Assembly (NCBI GenBank): GCA_027307335.1
Contig: DAHUXD010000039.1
Location: forward strand, 11,625 to 75,624
Direction of reading: 5' to 3'
DNA from: Acidobacteriota bacterium
GTDB lineage: Bacteria; Acidobacteriota; Thermoanaerobaculia; UBA5066; Gp7-AA6
DNA: 64,000 bases
Both the position numbers and the translations under genes were made by a program. The notes under the pieces were generated by a model. That model saw only the letters and a list, made by a program, of their open reading frames with translations. It was not told where the DNA came from and ran no database searches. Positions 8,555 through 17,348 of the stretch are shown in pieces. The first letter of the stretch is position 1, and each line of letters begins with the position of its first letter.

Positions 8555-9298
8555 ATGACCCCGATCGGCCGCGTCGTCGAGATCGTGCGCTATCCGGTCA
8601 AGTCGATGGCCGGAATCCCGGCGGAGTCGGCCACCCTCGGGTGGCACGGACTCGAGGGCGACCGCCGGTTCGCGTTTCGCCGCGCGGGCGAGGACGGCGG
8701 CTTCCCGTGGCTCAGCGCGAGCCGCCTGCCGGAGCTGCTCCTCTATCGGCCCGAGGGGCTCGACGAGAGCGAGGGCGAGCCGGTCCCGACGCACGTGCGC
8801 ACGCCCTCCGGCTCGCGGGTCGCGCTGCGGAGCCCCGAGCTCGCGGCCGAGATCGGCGCGCGCTTCGGCGGCGGCGTCGAGCTGATGCGGCTCCGCCACG
8901 GCGTCTTCGACGAGGCGACGGTCTCGGTGATCGCCCTCGCGACGATCGAGGGCATCGCCCGCGAGGCGGGCCGCGAGCTCGACCGCCGGCGCTTCCGCGC
9001 CAACGTCGTCGTGGACACGGAGGGCGGCGAACCGTTCTTGGAGGACGCGTGGGTCGGCGGGACGCTCGTGTTCGGCGACGGCGATTCGCGGCCCTCCGTC
9101 GGCGTCACCATGCGCGATCCGCGCTGCGTGATGATCAATCTCGATCCCGAGACCGCGGAGAAGGACGCGCGGGTCATGAAGGCGGTCGCACGGATCCACG
9201 GAAACGACGCGGGCGTGTACGGGACGGTCGTCGGCCGCGGGACGATCCGCGTCGGCGATCGCGTGCGTCTCGCGGGACCCGCCGAAGCCGGCGGCTGA
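8555..9298 (+). CDS. MOSC domain protein
   Basis: RYPVKSM, GLEGDRRFA, RRFRANVVV, RCVM, GTIRVGD. Confidence 0.9.
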   Translation: MTPIGRVVEIVRYPVKSMAGIPAESATLGWHGLEGDRRFAFRRAGEDGGFPWLSASRLPELLLYRPEGLDESEGEPVPTHVRTPSGSRVALRSPELAAEIGARFGGGVELMRLRHGVFDEATVSVIALATIEGIAREAGRELDRRRFRANVVVDTEGGEPFLEDAWVGGTLVFGDGDSRPSVGVTMRDPRCVMINLDPETAEKDARVMKAVARIHGNDAGVYGTVVGRGTIRVGDRVRLAGPAEAGG

Positions 9299-9322
9299 TC
9301 GGAACGAGGGAGGCGGGGAGCC

Positions 9323-9613
9323 ATGGCCAAGGGTTACTGGGTCGTGACGTATCGCTCGGTCTCGGATCCCGACGCGCTCGCGCGCTACGGCGGTCCCGCC
9401 GTGAAGCGGATCGCCGAGAGCGGAGGGCGCATCCTGGCCCGGGGGATGCCCGTGAGGGTGTACGAGTTCGCCGAGGAGCAGCGCTGCGTCGTGGTCGAGT
9501 TCGACAGCGTCGACGCCGCGATCGCCGCGTTCGAGGATCCCGAGTACCGGAAGATCGCCGCGATTCTCGAGGGCGGCGTCGAACGGGAAGTCCGGATCGT
9601 GGAGGGGACGTGA
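9323..9613 (+). CDS. DUF1330 family protein
   Basis: [26 protein letters not shown]. Confidence 0.85.
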   Translation: MAKGYWVVTYRSVSDPDALARYGGPAVKRIAESGGRILARGMPVRVYEFAEEQRCVVVEFDSVDAAIAAFEDPEYRKIAAILEGGVEREVRIVEGT

Positions 9614-9635
9614 GGCGGAGCGCGGCGCGAGGGCG

Positions 9636-10043
9636 ATGATGGCGATCGTGCCGACGGTCCGTTGCCGCAGCATGCGGCGGGCGCTCGCGTTCTACACGGG
9701 CGTCCTCGACTTCGAGCGCGTGGGGGGAGATGGCCGGCCGGACGACCCCTCGTTCGCCGTCCTCGCGCGCGAGGGTCATCGGCTCTTCCTGTCGAGTCAC
9801 GCGGGCGACGGCGAATTCGGACAGGCGATCGTGGTCGAGACCGGCGACGTCGATGGGCTCTTTCGCACTCTGTGCGGCCGCGGGCTGAATCCCCCGGACC
9901 GCCCCGAGTCGCCGGTGCACCGGGGGCCGGTCGACCAGACGTGGGGCACGCGCGAGTTCTACGTCGACGATCCCGACGGCAACACGCTGCGCTTCGCGCA
10001 GCGGCTCCAGGAGCACCGCGCGACGGGCGGTGCGCGCCCGTGA
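9636..10043 (+). CDS. VOC / bleomycin-resistance family protein
   Basis: [32 protein letters not shown]. Confidence 0.88.
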   Translation: MMAIVPTVRCRSMRRALAFYTGVLDFERVGGDGRPDDPSFAVLAREGHRLFLSSHAGDGEFGQAIVVETGDVDGLFRTLCGRGLNPPDRPESPVHRGPVDQTWGTREFYVDDPDGNTLRFAQRLQEHRATGGARP

Positions 10044-10522
10044 ATGCGTCCACGAACGAGGCCGATCGCCAGGGAAGGGTGGTCCCGCCGCCGCTGCTGG
10101 TTCTCGTCTGCCTCGGCGGCGGGTGGGTGGCGCACCGCCTTCGGCCCGTGCGCTTCCTGCCGGATCTCGGCGCCGTGGGTCCCGTCGCCGGCGCCGCCCT
10201 GGTCCTGCTCGGCCTCGTCGTCGGCGTCGCCGGCGTCCGCGAGTTCCACCGCCATCGCACCCCGACGAGCCCCTTCCGGCCGACGACCGCTCTCGTCACG
10301 AGCGGAGTGTTTCGCTTCACGCGCAACCCGATGTACCTCGGCTTCGTACTCCTGACCGTGGGCGTGGCGGTCGCCTTCAACTCCGTGGCCCTTCTCGTCT
10401 CGGCCCTGCTCCTGGCGGTGCTGCTCGACGCCGCCGTCATCCGGCCCGAGGAGCGCTTCCTCACGCGGCGGTACGGGTCCGACTTCGAGGCCTACCTCCG
10501 CGCCACGCGCCGCTGGATCTAG
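10040..10522 (+). CDS. Isoprenylcysteine carboxyl methyltransferase / PEMT family membrane protein
   Basis: [31 protein letters not shown]. Confidence 0.9.
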   Translation: MNASTNEADRQGRVVPPPLLVLVCLGGGWVAHRLRPVRFLPDLGAVGPVAGAALVLLGLVVGVAGVREFHRHRTPTSPFRPTTALVTSGVFRFTRNPMYLGFVLLTVGVAVAFNSVALLVSALLLAVLLDAAVIRPEERFLTRRYGSDFEAYLRATRRWI

Positions 10523-10529
10523 GAGACCG

Positions 10530-10895
10530 ATGCCGATCGTGCGCCTCGATCACGTCCAGCTTGCGATGCCGAAAGGCGGCGAAGAGCGGGCGCGCGGGTT
10601 CTACGCGGGACTCCTGCGGATCCCCGAGGTGGCGAAGCCCGCGGCGCTCGCCGGTCGCGGCGGCGCGTGGTTCGAGAGCGGCGACCTGAAGGTCCATCTC
10701 GGCGTCGACCCGGAGTTTCGCGCGGCGCGCAAGGCCCATCCCGCGTTCCTCGTGCGCGGGCTCCCCGAGCTCGTGGCGCGGCTGCGGGCGGCCGCCGTCG
10801 AGGTCGTGGAGGACGACGCGCCGGAGCCCGGCGCGCGCGTCTACGTCGCGGATCCGTTCGGCAACCGGCTCGAGCTGGTCGCCGACGAGGGCTGA
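10530..10895 (+). CDS. VOC/glyoxalase family protein
   Basis: LDHVQLAMP, KAHPAF, DPFGNRLEL. Confidence 0.9.
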   Translation: MPIVRLDHVQLAMPKGGEERARGFYAGLLRIPEVAKPAALAGRGGAWFESGDLKVHLGVDPEFRAARKAHPAFLVRGLPELVARLRAAAVEVVEDDAPEPGARVYVADPFGNRLELVADEG

Positions 10896-10923
10896 ATCGA
10901 AGCGAGAATCGAGAGGAGGAGCG

Positions 10924-11589
10924 ATGCGACTCATCTTCCTGGGACTCGTGGCGCTCGCCGCCGTGGCGGCTGCGGGGCCGGACGCGCCGGTTCCGGTCGA
11001 GAAGGAGCCCCACCACAAGACGGCGTTCCAGAACGACTACGTGCAGGCGTTCCGCGTGACGATCGAGCCGGGCCAGGCGACGCTCGTGCACATCCACGCG
11101 CACGACGACGGCGCCGTGCGCCTGAGGGACTCGACGTTCGCCTCCGACGTCCAGGGTCAGCCGCCCGGAAAGCCCGAGGAGGCGCATCCCGGCGGCGTCT
11201 CGGCGCGCAACAACGAGCCCACACCCCTGATTCACCGCGTGCGCAACGTCGGCGCCACACAGTTCGACGTGATCGACGTCCAGGTCCTGAGCCGTCCGCC
11301 GGGCGCGGCGAGCGAGGCGATCGCGACGCCGGCCGCGGAGAACGCCAGGATGCGCGTCTACCGCTGGGACCTCGCGCCGGGCGCGACCTCGCCGACCCAC
11401 ACCCACAAGCGGCCCTACCTCATCATCGCGGCGACCGACACCCATCTGCGCATGACCTCGCCGGACGGCCGGTCGATGGAGCACCCGATCCAGGCGGGCG
11501 ACATGCACTGGGTCGACACGGAGGTGACCCATTCGCTCGGCAATACCGGCGGGGAGAAGGCCGTGATGGTGGAGTTCGAGCTCAAGTAG
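10924..11589 (+). CDS. Secreted bicupin-like protein
   Basis: Signal peptide; two cupin HxH motifs (HIHAH, THTH); EPHH..FQNDYV. Confidence 0.75.
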   Translation: MRLIFLGLVALAAVAAAGPDAPVPVEKEPHHKTAFQNDYVQAFRVTIEPGQATLVHIHAHDDGAVRLRDSTFASDVQGQPPGKPEEAHPGGVSARNNEPTPLIHRVRNVGATQFDVIDVQVLSRPPGAASEAIATPAAENARMRVYRWDLAPGATSPTHTHKRPYLIIAATDTHLRMTSPDGRSMEHPIQAGDMHWVDTEVTHSLGNTGGEKAVMVEFELK

Positions 11590-11694
11590 CGCGAAGGGAC
11601 GGCGCATGAACAACGACGACGCCGGATCCGCGTGCGCCGGGTCGGCGGCCGGGTTCGAGGACGCGGGGCTCGTCCGGTGCTTCCGGGAGGACGC

Positions 11695-12099
11695 GTGAAG
11701 TCCGCGCGGCCCGTCGCGGCGGGGCCCGGGAGGAAGACCTTCCCGCCGCGGGTACTCGACGCGCTGGCGGTCGAGAAGATGATCGGCATCCGCTCCGGGA
11801 GGATCCATCGATACACCGGGGTCTGGGCCGTCGTCGTGCGCGGGCGCGTCTACGTCCGTTCCTGGAACGACAAGGAGACGGGCTGGTACCGCGCGTTCCT
11901 CGAGGAGCCTCGCGGCGAGATCCGAGTGGGCGAGCGCGTGGTCCGCGTGCGGGCGAGGACGGTCCGCGGCGCACGCAGGATCGAGGCGATCGAGCGCGCG
12001 TACGCCGAGAAGTACGACACCACGGCGTCCCTGAAGTGGGTGCGCGGCTTCCGCGCGCCGCGACGCCGCGCCACGACGACCGAGTTCGTCCCGGCGTAG
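11695..12099 (+). CDS. DUF2255 family protein
   Basis: VWAVVV.GRVYVRSW...WYR; AYAEKY. Confidence 0.75.
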   Translation: MKSARPVAAGPGRKTFPPRVLDALAVEKMIGIRSGRIHRYTGVWAVVVRGRVYVRSWNDKETGWYRAFLEEPRGEIRVGERVVRVRARTVRGARRIEAIERAYAEKYDTTASLKWVRGFRAPRRRATTTEFVPA

Positions 12100-12129
12100 G
12101 ATCCGCGGTCCCGGATACACTCGCGCACG

Positions 12130-12573
12130 ATGGCGACGCTCCGACTCGGCCACGCGAAGACGATCGTGGACCGCGCGCTCGCGGAGGCCCGGCAGCGGCG
12201 CCTCGCACCGGTCGCCGTGGCCGTGCTCGACCCCGGCGGGCGTCTCGTCGCGTTCCAGCGCGAGGACGGCGCGGGATTCTCGCGGTTCGACATCGCGAAC
12301 GGCAAGGCATGGGGCGCTCTCGGCATGGGCTTCGGCACGCGCGAGCTCGCGGAGCGCGCGGCGAAGGCGCCGGGGTTCTACTCGGCGCTCGCCGCGCTGA
12401 GCGAGGGGCGCATGGTGCCCTCGCCGGGAGGGGTGCTGATCGTGGGCTCCGACGGGGAGGTCGCGGGCGCCGTCGGCATCTCGGGCGACACGGGCGACAA
12501 CGACGAGGCCTGCGCGGTCGCGGCGATCGAGGCGGCCGGCTTCTCCGCCGCGCCGGGCCGGCGGGAGCCGTAG
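12130..12573 (+). CDS. Heme-binding protein, GlcG/HbpS family
   Basis: VAVAVLDPGG, IANGKAW, PGGVLI..GAVGISG. Confidence 0.9.
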   Translation: MATLRLGHAKTIVDRALAEARQRRLAPVAVAVLDPGGRLVAFQREDGAGFSRFDIANGKAWGALGMGFGTRELAERAAKAPGFYSALAALSEGRMVPSPGGVLIVGSDGEVAGAVGISGDTGDNDEACAVAAIEAAGFSAAPGRREP

Positions 12574-12625
12574 AGCCCCCGCGCCGCGGCCCCATGCGTC
12601 TCTTCCCGCTTCCCTGAGCGCCGCC

Positions 12626-13738
12626 GTGGTTTTCGCGATCGCCGCCGCGCTCCTCGCCGGCGCGGCGCTCCTCGTCATCGCGCGTTCGACCGACTGGCTC
12701 GCCGCGTTCGGCGCGGGCGCGGCGGGGGAGCGGCGGCACCGGGTGCGCCGCTCGTCGCGCTGGCGCGAGGGCCGCTTCCACAACGTGGACCCGACGCGCA
12801 CGATCCTGCACGGAGGCCTGCCGACGATGCTGCACCTGCAGCTGCGCGGCAAGCAGATCCGCTATCCGCGGCGGCCGATCCCGGTCGAGGCCCGGCGGAC
12901 GGACGACTATGAGAGCCCTCCGGCCTCGGGGCTGCGCGCGACCTGGGTCGGGCACGCGACGGTCCTCGTCGAGATCGCCGGACGGCGCGTGCTGACCGAC
13001 CCGGTATGGAGCGAGCGCGTCTCGCCGTCGACGCTCGTGGGGCCGCGGCGCTTCTTCGCGCCGCCGATCGCGCTCGACGCGCTGCCGCCCATCGACGCGG
13101 TCGTGATCTCTCACGATCACTACGACCACCTCGACATGACGACCGTGCGGGCGCTCGCGCGCCGCGGCACGATGTTCCTCGTGCCGCTCGGCGTCGGCGC
13201 GCACCTCGAGCGCTGGGGCATCCCCGCCGCGCAGACGCGCGAGCTCGACTGGGGCGAGACGGTCCGGCTCGATCCGGTGACCTTCACGATCGCGCCGTCG
13301 CGGCACTTTTCGGGGCGCGGGCTCCACAACCGGGACACGACCCTGTGGTCCTCGTGGGTCATCGCGTCCGACCGGAGCCGCGTCTACTGCTGCGGCGACT
13401 CCGGGTACTTCGGCGGGTTTCGGGACATCGGCCGCGACCTCGGTCCGTTCGACCTGACGCTGATCAGCGCGGGCGCGTACAGCCCGATCTGGCCGCTCAT
13501 CCACATGACGCCGGAGGAGGTCGTGCAGGCGCACGTCGACCTGCGCGGCCGGCTCCTCGTGCCCATCCACTGGGGCACGTTCAATCTGGCCTTCCACGAC
13601 TGGAACGAGCCGGCGGTCCGCGCCTCCGCGGCGGCCTCGGCGCGCGGGGTGCCGATCCTGTTGCCGCGGCCCGGCGGAATGGTCGAGCCGGCGCGCGCGG
13701 GGAGCCTCGCGGCGGACGATTGGTGGCGGATGCGATGA
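12626..13738 (+). CDS. MBL-fold metallo-hydrolase (RomA/NAPE-PLD-like) with N-terminal TM segment
   Basis: TWVGHAT, TDPVWSER, SHDHYDHLD, GDSGY, PIHWGTF. Confidence 0.9.
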   Translation: MVFAIAAALLAGAALLVIARSTDWLAAFGAGAAGERRHRVRRSSRWREGRFHNVDPTRTILHGGLPTMLHLQLRGKQIRYPRRPIPVEARRTDDYESPPASGLRATWVGHATVLVEIAGRRVLTDPVWSERVSPSTLVGPRRFFAPPIALDALPPIDAVVISHDHYDHLDMTTVRALARRGTMFLVPLGVGAHLERWGIPAAQTRELDWGETVRLDPVTFTIAPSRHFSGRGLHNRDTTLWSSWVIASDRSRVYCCGDSGYFGGFRDIGRDLGPFDLTLISAGAYSPIWPLIHMTPEEVVQAHVDLRGRLLVPIHWGTFNLAFHDWNEPAVRASAAASARGVPILLPRPGGMVEPARAGSLAADDWWRMR

Positions 13739-13764
13739 AGAGACGACCGGCTTAGGATGGGACC

Positions 13765-14154
13765 GTGATTCCGATTGCGACCCGCTCGGCGGTCCCGACC
13801 TTCCTCGTCCCGAACGTCGCGCGGTCGGCTCGGTGGTACGCGGAGCAGCTCGGCTTCGAAGTCGCGGGGACGTTCCCGAAGCAGGAGCCCTGGGCGTACG
13901 CGAGCGTCCAGCGCGGCGGCGCCGAGATCATGCTGCTCGCGCTGGCCGGCTACGAGAAGCCGGACCTGCGGGCGAGGCGGCCGGAGGGACTCTGGGACGC
14001 CTACGTGCGGGCGAGCGGCGTCGCCCGTTTCTGGGAGACGGTGCGCGAGCGCCCCTTCGTCCAGATGCCGCTCCGGCAGCAGCCGTACGGCGACTGGGAG
14101 TTCGAGATGCGCGATCCGGACGGGTACGTCGTGGTCTTCGGCGGCGATCGATGA
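13765..14154 (+). CDS. VOC family protein
   Basis: WYAEQLGF, PYGDWEFEMRDPDGYVVVFG. Confidence 0.85.
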   Translation: MIPIATRSAVPTFLVPNVARSARWYAEQLGFEVAGTFPKQEPWAYASVQRGGAEIMLLALAGYEKPDLRARRPEGLWDAYVRASGVARFWETVRERPFVQMPLRQQPYGDWEFEMRDPDGYVVVFGGDR

Positions 14155-14250
14155 GGGACCGAGCGCATCGTCGCTCCGCGACTCGAACCTTCCGGAGCCG
14201 GCGCGGAGAGCGCCCGCCGCCGCGGGCCGCGTGAGTCGAAAGGGGGAACC

Positions 14251-14835
14251 ATGCGCATCGTGGTCGTCGGGGGCACGGGAACCATCGGGAAGGCCATCGT
14301 CGCGGCGCTGTCGCGCGAGCACGAGGTGCTCGTCGCGAGCCGAAGCTCGAAGGTCCGCGTGGACATCGCCGATCCCGACTCGATTCGCTCGATGTACCGG
14401 GGGATCGGAAAGCTCGACGCGGTCGTCAGCGCCTCCGGCGACGCCCGATTCCAACCGCTCGAGCAGCTCGGCGACGCCGACTTCGAATTCTCGCTGCGGC
14501 ACAAGCTCATGGGCCAGGTGAATCTCGTGCGGTACGGCCTGGAGTCGGTGCGCGACCGCGGCTCCTTCACGCTGACGAGCGGCGTGCTCGCGCGCCGGCC
14601 GATGCCGGGCAGCGCCGCGGTCAGCCTGGTCAATGCGGGCCTCGAGGGATTCGCGCGCGCGGCCGCGCTCGAGGCGCCGCGGGGGATCCGCGTCAATGTC
14701 GTCAGCCCGCCGTGGATCACCGAGACGCTCCGGGCGCTCGGCATGGACCCCTCGCACGGCATGACGGCGGAGGCCGCGTCCGGCCTCTACGTCCGGAGCG
14801 TCACCGGCACCGAGTCGGGCGCGACGATCGAGTAG
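14251..14835 (+). CDS. Short-chain dehydrogenase/reductase
   Basis: VVGGTGTIG, KLMGQVNL, RVNVVSP. Confidence 0.9.
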   Translation: MRIVVVGGTGTIGKAIVAALSREHEVLVASRSSKVRVDIADPDSIRSMYRGIGKLDAVVSASGDARFQPLEQLGDADFEFSLRHKLMGQVNLVRYGLESVRDRGSFTLTSGVLARRPMPGSAAVSLVNAGLEGFARAAALEAPRGIRVNVVSPPWITETLRALGMDPSHGMTAEAASGLYVRSVTGTESGATIE

Positions 14836-14897
14836 GGGGTCAGGTCTCTCAAAGAGCGTCTCGGAGAGGAAAGATCACCTTTGAGGGATCTGACCCC
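14836..14897. repeat. GGGGTCAGGTCT...AGACCTGACCCC palindromic (REP-like) element, copy 1
   Basis: 19-bp inverted arms with 2 mismatches; second copy at 57126-57196. Confidence 0.75.
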
Positions 14898-14908
14898 ATA
14901 ATCGGCCG

Positions 14909-15442
14909 ATGAAGCCGGAGCCGGCCCCGCTCGATCTCGCCGCCGCGATCCGGGACGCGTGGAGGACGAACCACCGCGCCACGGTGCTCCTCGTCGAGAG
15001 CGTGCCTCCGGCCGCATGGGCGGCGCCGGCGCCGGGGCTCCCGAGGAAGTCGATCCGGACCATCGCCGCCCATCTGCACAACAGCCGCTGCGGATGGCTC
15101 CGGACGCTCGGCGCGCCGCACGGGATCCGAGTGCCCGAGCGGGTCGACAAGCGCTCCGTCACGCCGAAGCGGCTCGCCGCCGCGCTCGATCGGAGCGGCC
15201 GCGCCATGGAGGAGCTCCTCGCGCTCGGCGCGCGCCGCGGCGGCCGGATCCCGCCGACGAAGGCCTACGTCTGGCGCAACCTCCCGCTCGACATCCCGCA
15301 CGTGCTCGCCTACTTCGTGGCCCACGAGGGTCATCATCGCGGTCAGATCCTCGTGCTCGCGCGGCAGCTCGGGCGCCCGCTTCCCGATGCGGCGGCGGAC
15401 GGCGTCTGGCACTTCACGCGTCTGTCGAAGGCGGAGCGCTGA
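14909..15442 (+). CDS. DinB family protein
   Basis: IAAHLHNSR, AHEGHHRGQ. Confidence 0.85.
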   Translation: MKPEPAPLDLAAAIRDAWRTNHRATVLLVESVPPAAWAAPAPGLPRKSIRTIAAHLHNSRCGWLRTLGAPHGIRVPERVDKRSVTPKRLAAALDRSGRAMEELLALGARRGGRIPPTKAYVWRNLPLDIPHVLAYFVAHEGHHRGQILVLARQLGRPLPDAAADGVWHFTRLSKAER

Positions 15443-15446
15443 CGCC

Positions 15447-16103
15447 GTGTCGCGACTGCGCGTCTACTCCTTCTCCGTCTCGCTCGACGGCTTCTCGGCC
15501 GGGCCGCGCCAGGACCTCGAGCATCCGCTCGGCGTGGGGGGCGAGCGGCTCTTCGACTGGTTCTTCCGGACGCGGACCTTCCAGAAGATGCACGGCGGCG
15601 AGGGCGGAGAGGAAAACGCCGACGACGCCATCGCCGCGCGGGGGTTCGCGCCGTTCGGCGCCTGGATCCTCGGCCGGAACATGTTCGGCCCGGTGCGCGG
15701 CCCGTGGCCCGACGAGAGCTGGAAAGGCTGGTGGGGCGACGAGCCGCCGTACCAAGTGCCGGTCTTCGTGCTGACGCATCACGCGCGCGCGCCTCTCGCG
15801 ATGAAGGGCGGCACCGTCTTCCACTTCGTCACCGGCGGCATCGAGGAGGCGTTCGCGAGGGCGAGGGAGGCGGCGGGGGACCTCGACGTGCGCCTCGGCG
15901 GCGGCGCCTCGACGATCCGGCAGTATCTCCGCGCTCGCCTCGTCGACGAGCTTCATCTCGTGCTGTCGCCGGTGCTGCTCGGCGAAGGCGAGCCCCTGTT
16001 CCGCGACCTCGACCTGCCCGCGCTCGGCTACGAGTGCGTGGAGCACCTTCCGGGCGCGCGCGCCGCGGCGCACGTGGTGCTGCGCCGGAAGACGGGCGCC
16101 TGA
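15447..16103 (+). CDS. Dihydrofolate reductase-like / RibD C-terminal family protein
   Basis: SVSLDG, ILGRNMFGP, GGGASTIRQYL, VLLGEGEPLF. Confidence 0.9.
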   Translation: MSRLRVYSFSVSLDGFSAGPRQDLEHPLGVGGERLFDWFFRTRTFQKMHGGEGGEENADDAIAARGFAPFGAWILGRNMFGPVRGPWPDESWKGWWGDEPPYQVPVFVLTHHARAPLAMKGGTVFHFVTGGIEEAFARAREAAGDLDVRLGGGASTIRQYLRARLVDELHLVLSPVLLGEGEPLFRDLDLPALGYECVEHLPGARAAAHVVLRRKTGA

Positions 16104-16116
16104 GTCTCGGCGGGGA

Positions 16117-16767
16117 ATGAGCGCTCCCGATCCGGCTCCGCCGATCGACTACGCGGTGTTCGCCGCTTCGGACGCCGGTCCGATGGCGCGGCTCCTCGGC
16201 GACGTGTTCAGCCGGCGCGATCCCCCCGCCGTCGCCGCCGGTCTGACCGCGGCGGAGTTCGAGGCCTTCGTGCGCTCCCTCTGCCCGAGGGCCGCGGCCG
16301 AAGCGCTGACGATCGTCGCGCGCCTCGCGACGACGGGCGAGCTCGTGGGCGCGCTCCTGACGCAGGACGCGGCGGCGGACGCGCTGAAGGGTGTCGAGGC
16401 GCCGAGCCCCCGGTTCGCGCCCGTCCTCGACATCCTCGGCCAGCTCGAGCCCGAGGGCGGGTACCGGCCTCCTCCGCCCGGTGACACGCTGCATCTGCTG
16501 CTTCTCGGTGTCGCGGACCGCGTCTCGGGACGCGGCGTCGCGCAGCGCCTCGTGCGCGAGTGCCTCGAGCACGGCGCGAAGCGCGGGTACCGCGCCGCCG
16601 TGACGGAGGCGACGAATCCGGTCTCGCAGAGCGTCTTCCGGAGGCTCGGGTTCGCCGAGCGCTCGCGCCGCTCCTACGCCGAGCACCGCTACGAGGGCCG
16701 GGCGGTGTTCGCGTCGATCGCCGAGCACGGCGGACCGATGCTCATGGAGCGGTCGCTGACGGGATGA
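16117..16767 (+). CDS. GNAT family N-acetyltransferase
   Basis: LLLGV...SGRGVAQRL, TEATNPVSQ.VF.RLGF. Confidence 0.8.
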   Translation: MSAPDPAPPIDYAVFAASDAGPMARLLGDVFSRRDPPAVAAGLTAAEFEAFVRSLCPRAAAEALTIVARLATTGELVGALLTQDAAADALKGVEAPSPRFAPVLDILGQLEPEGGYRPPPPGDTLHLLLLGVADRVSGRGVAQRLVRECLEHGAKRGYRAAVTEATNPVSQSVFRRLGFAERSRRSYAEHRYEGRAVFASIAEHGGPMLMERSLTG

Positions 16768-16810
16768 TCTCGAGGCGCCGAGGCTCGCTCCCGCGAGAGA
16801 ATGGGAGAGC

Positions 16811-17317
16811 ATGACTCGATCGGCGCGCGCGGCGGGCGCGCTCCTTCCTGCCGCGCTCCTGCTCGCGGCCGCGTGCGCACGGACCGAGGCGCCGGAACGC
16901 GTCGCGGTCCGGAATCCGGACTACCTCGTCGTGCGCACGATCGCCCGCGAGGCGGACGCGGAGCACGGGATGCGGGTCGATCTGCCTCACGCGGGCGTGG
17001 GGTACGGCTACGCGTCGGCGCCGCTCTTCGATCTCACGGCGGTGGACGCCGCGGGCGCCACGTTCGCCGGCGGACGCACGAGCCTCGCGGGGGAGGCGAC
17101 GATCTGGCTCCCCCTGACCGCCGAAGGCCGCGCGCGGCTCGAGGCCTGGTCCTCGACGCATGCCGGCGACCGCCTCGGCATCTTCCTCGACGGGCGGCTG
17201 GTCGCGGCGCCGCAGATCAAGGCGGCGATCGGGGGCGGCATTCCGCTGCGGGTCGAGAGCAAGGGCGAGGGCGACGCGGTGCTCGCCCGCTTGCGCAACG
17301 GCGGCGCGCCGCCATAG
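16811..17317 (+). CDS. Lipoprotein with SecDF P1-head-like domain
   Basis: Lipobox LAAAC; LTAEGRARL..WS..HAGDRLGIFLDGRLVAAPQI..AIGGG resembles the SecD periplasmic head. Confidence 0.6.
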   Translation: MTRSARAAGALLPAALLLAAACARTEAPERVAVRNPDYLVVRTIAREADAEHGMRVDLPHAGVGYGYASAPLFDLTAVDAAGATFAGGRTSLAGEATIWLPLTAEGRARLEAWSSTHAGDRLGIFLDGRLVAAPQIKAAIGGGIPLRVESKGEGDAVLARLRNGGAPP

Positions 17318-17348
17318 CCTCGCGAGCGTGGAATCCCGCGTCGCGCCC

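Noticed and set aside
12626..13738. Metallo-beta-lactamase antibiotic resistance gene
   Set aside because: The motifs (TDPVWS, PIHWGTF) fit the RomA/NAPE-PLD-like MBL-fold hydrolases, not class B beta-lactamases.
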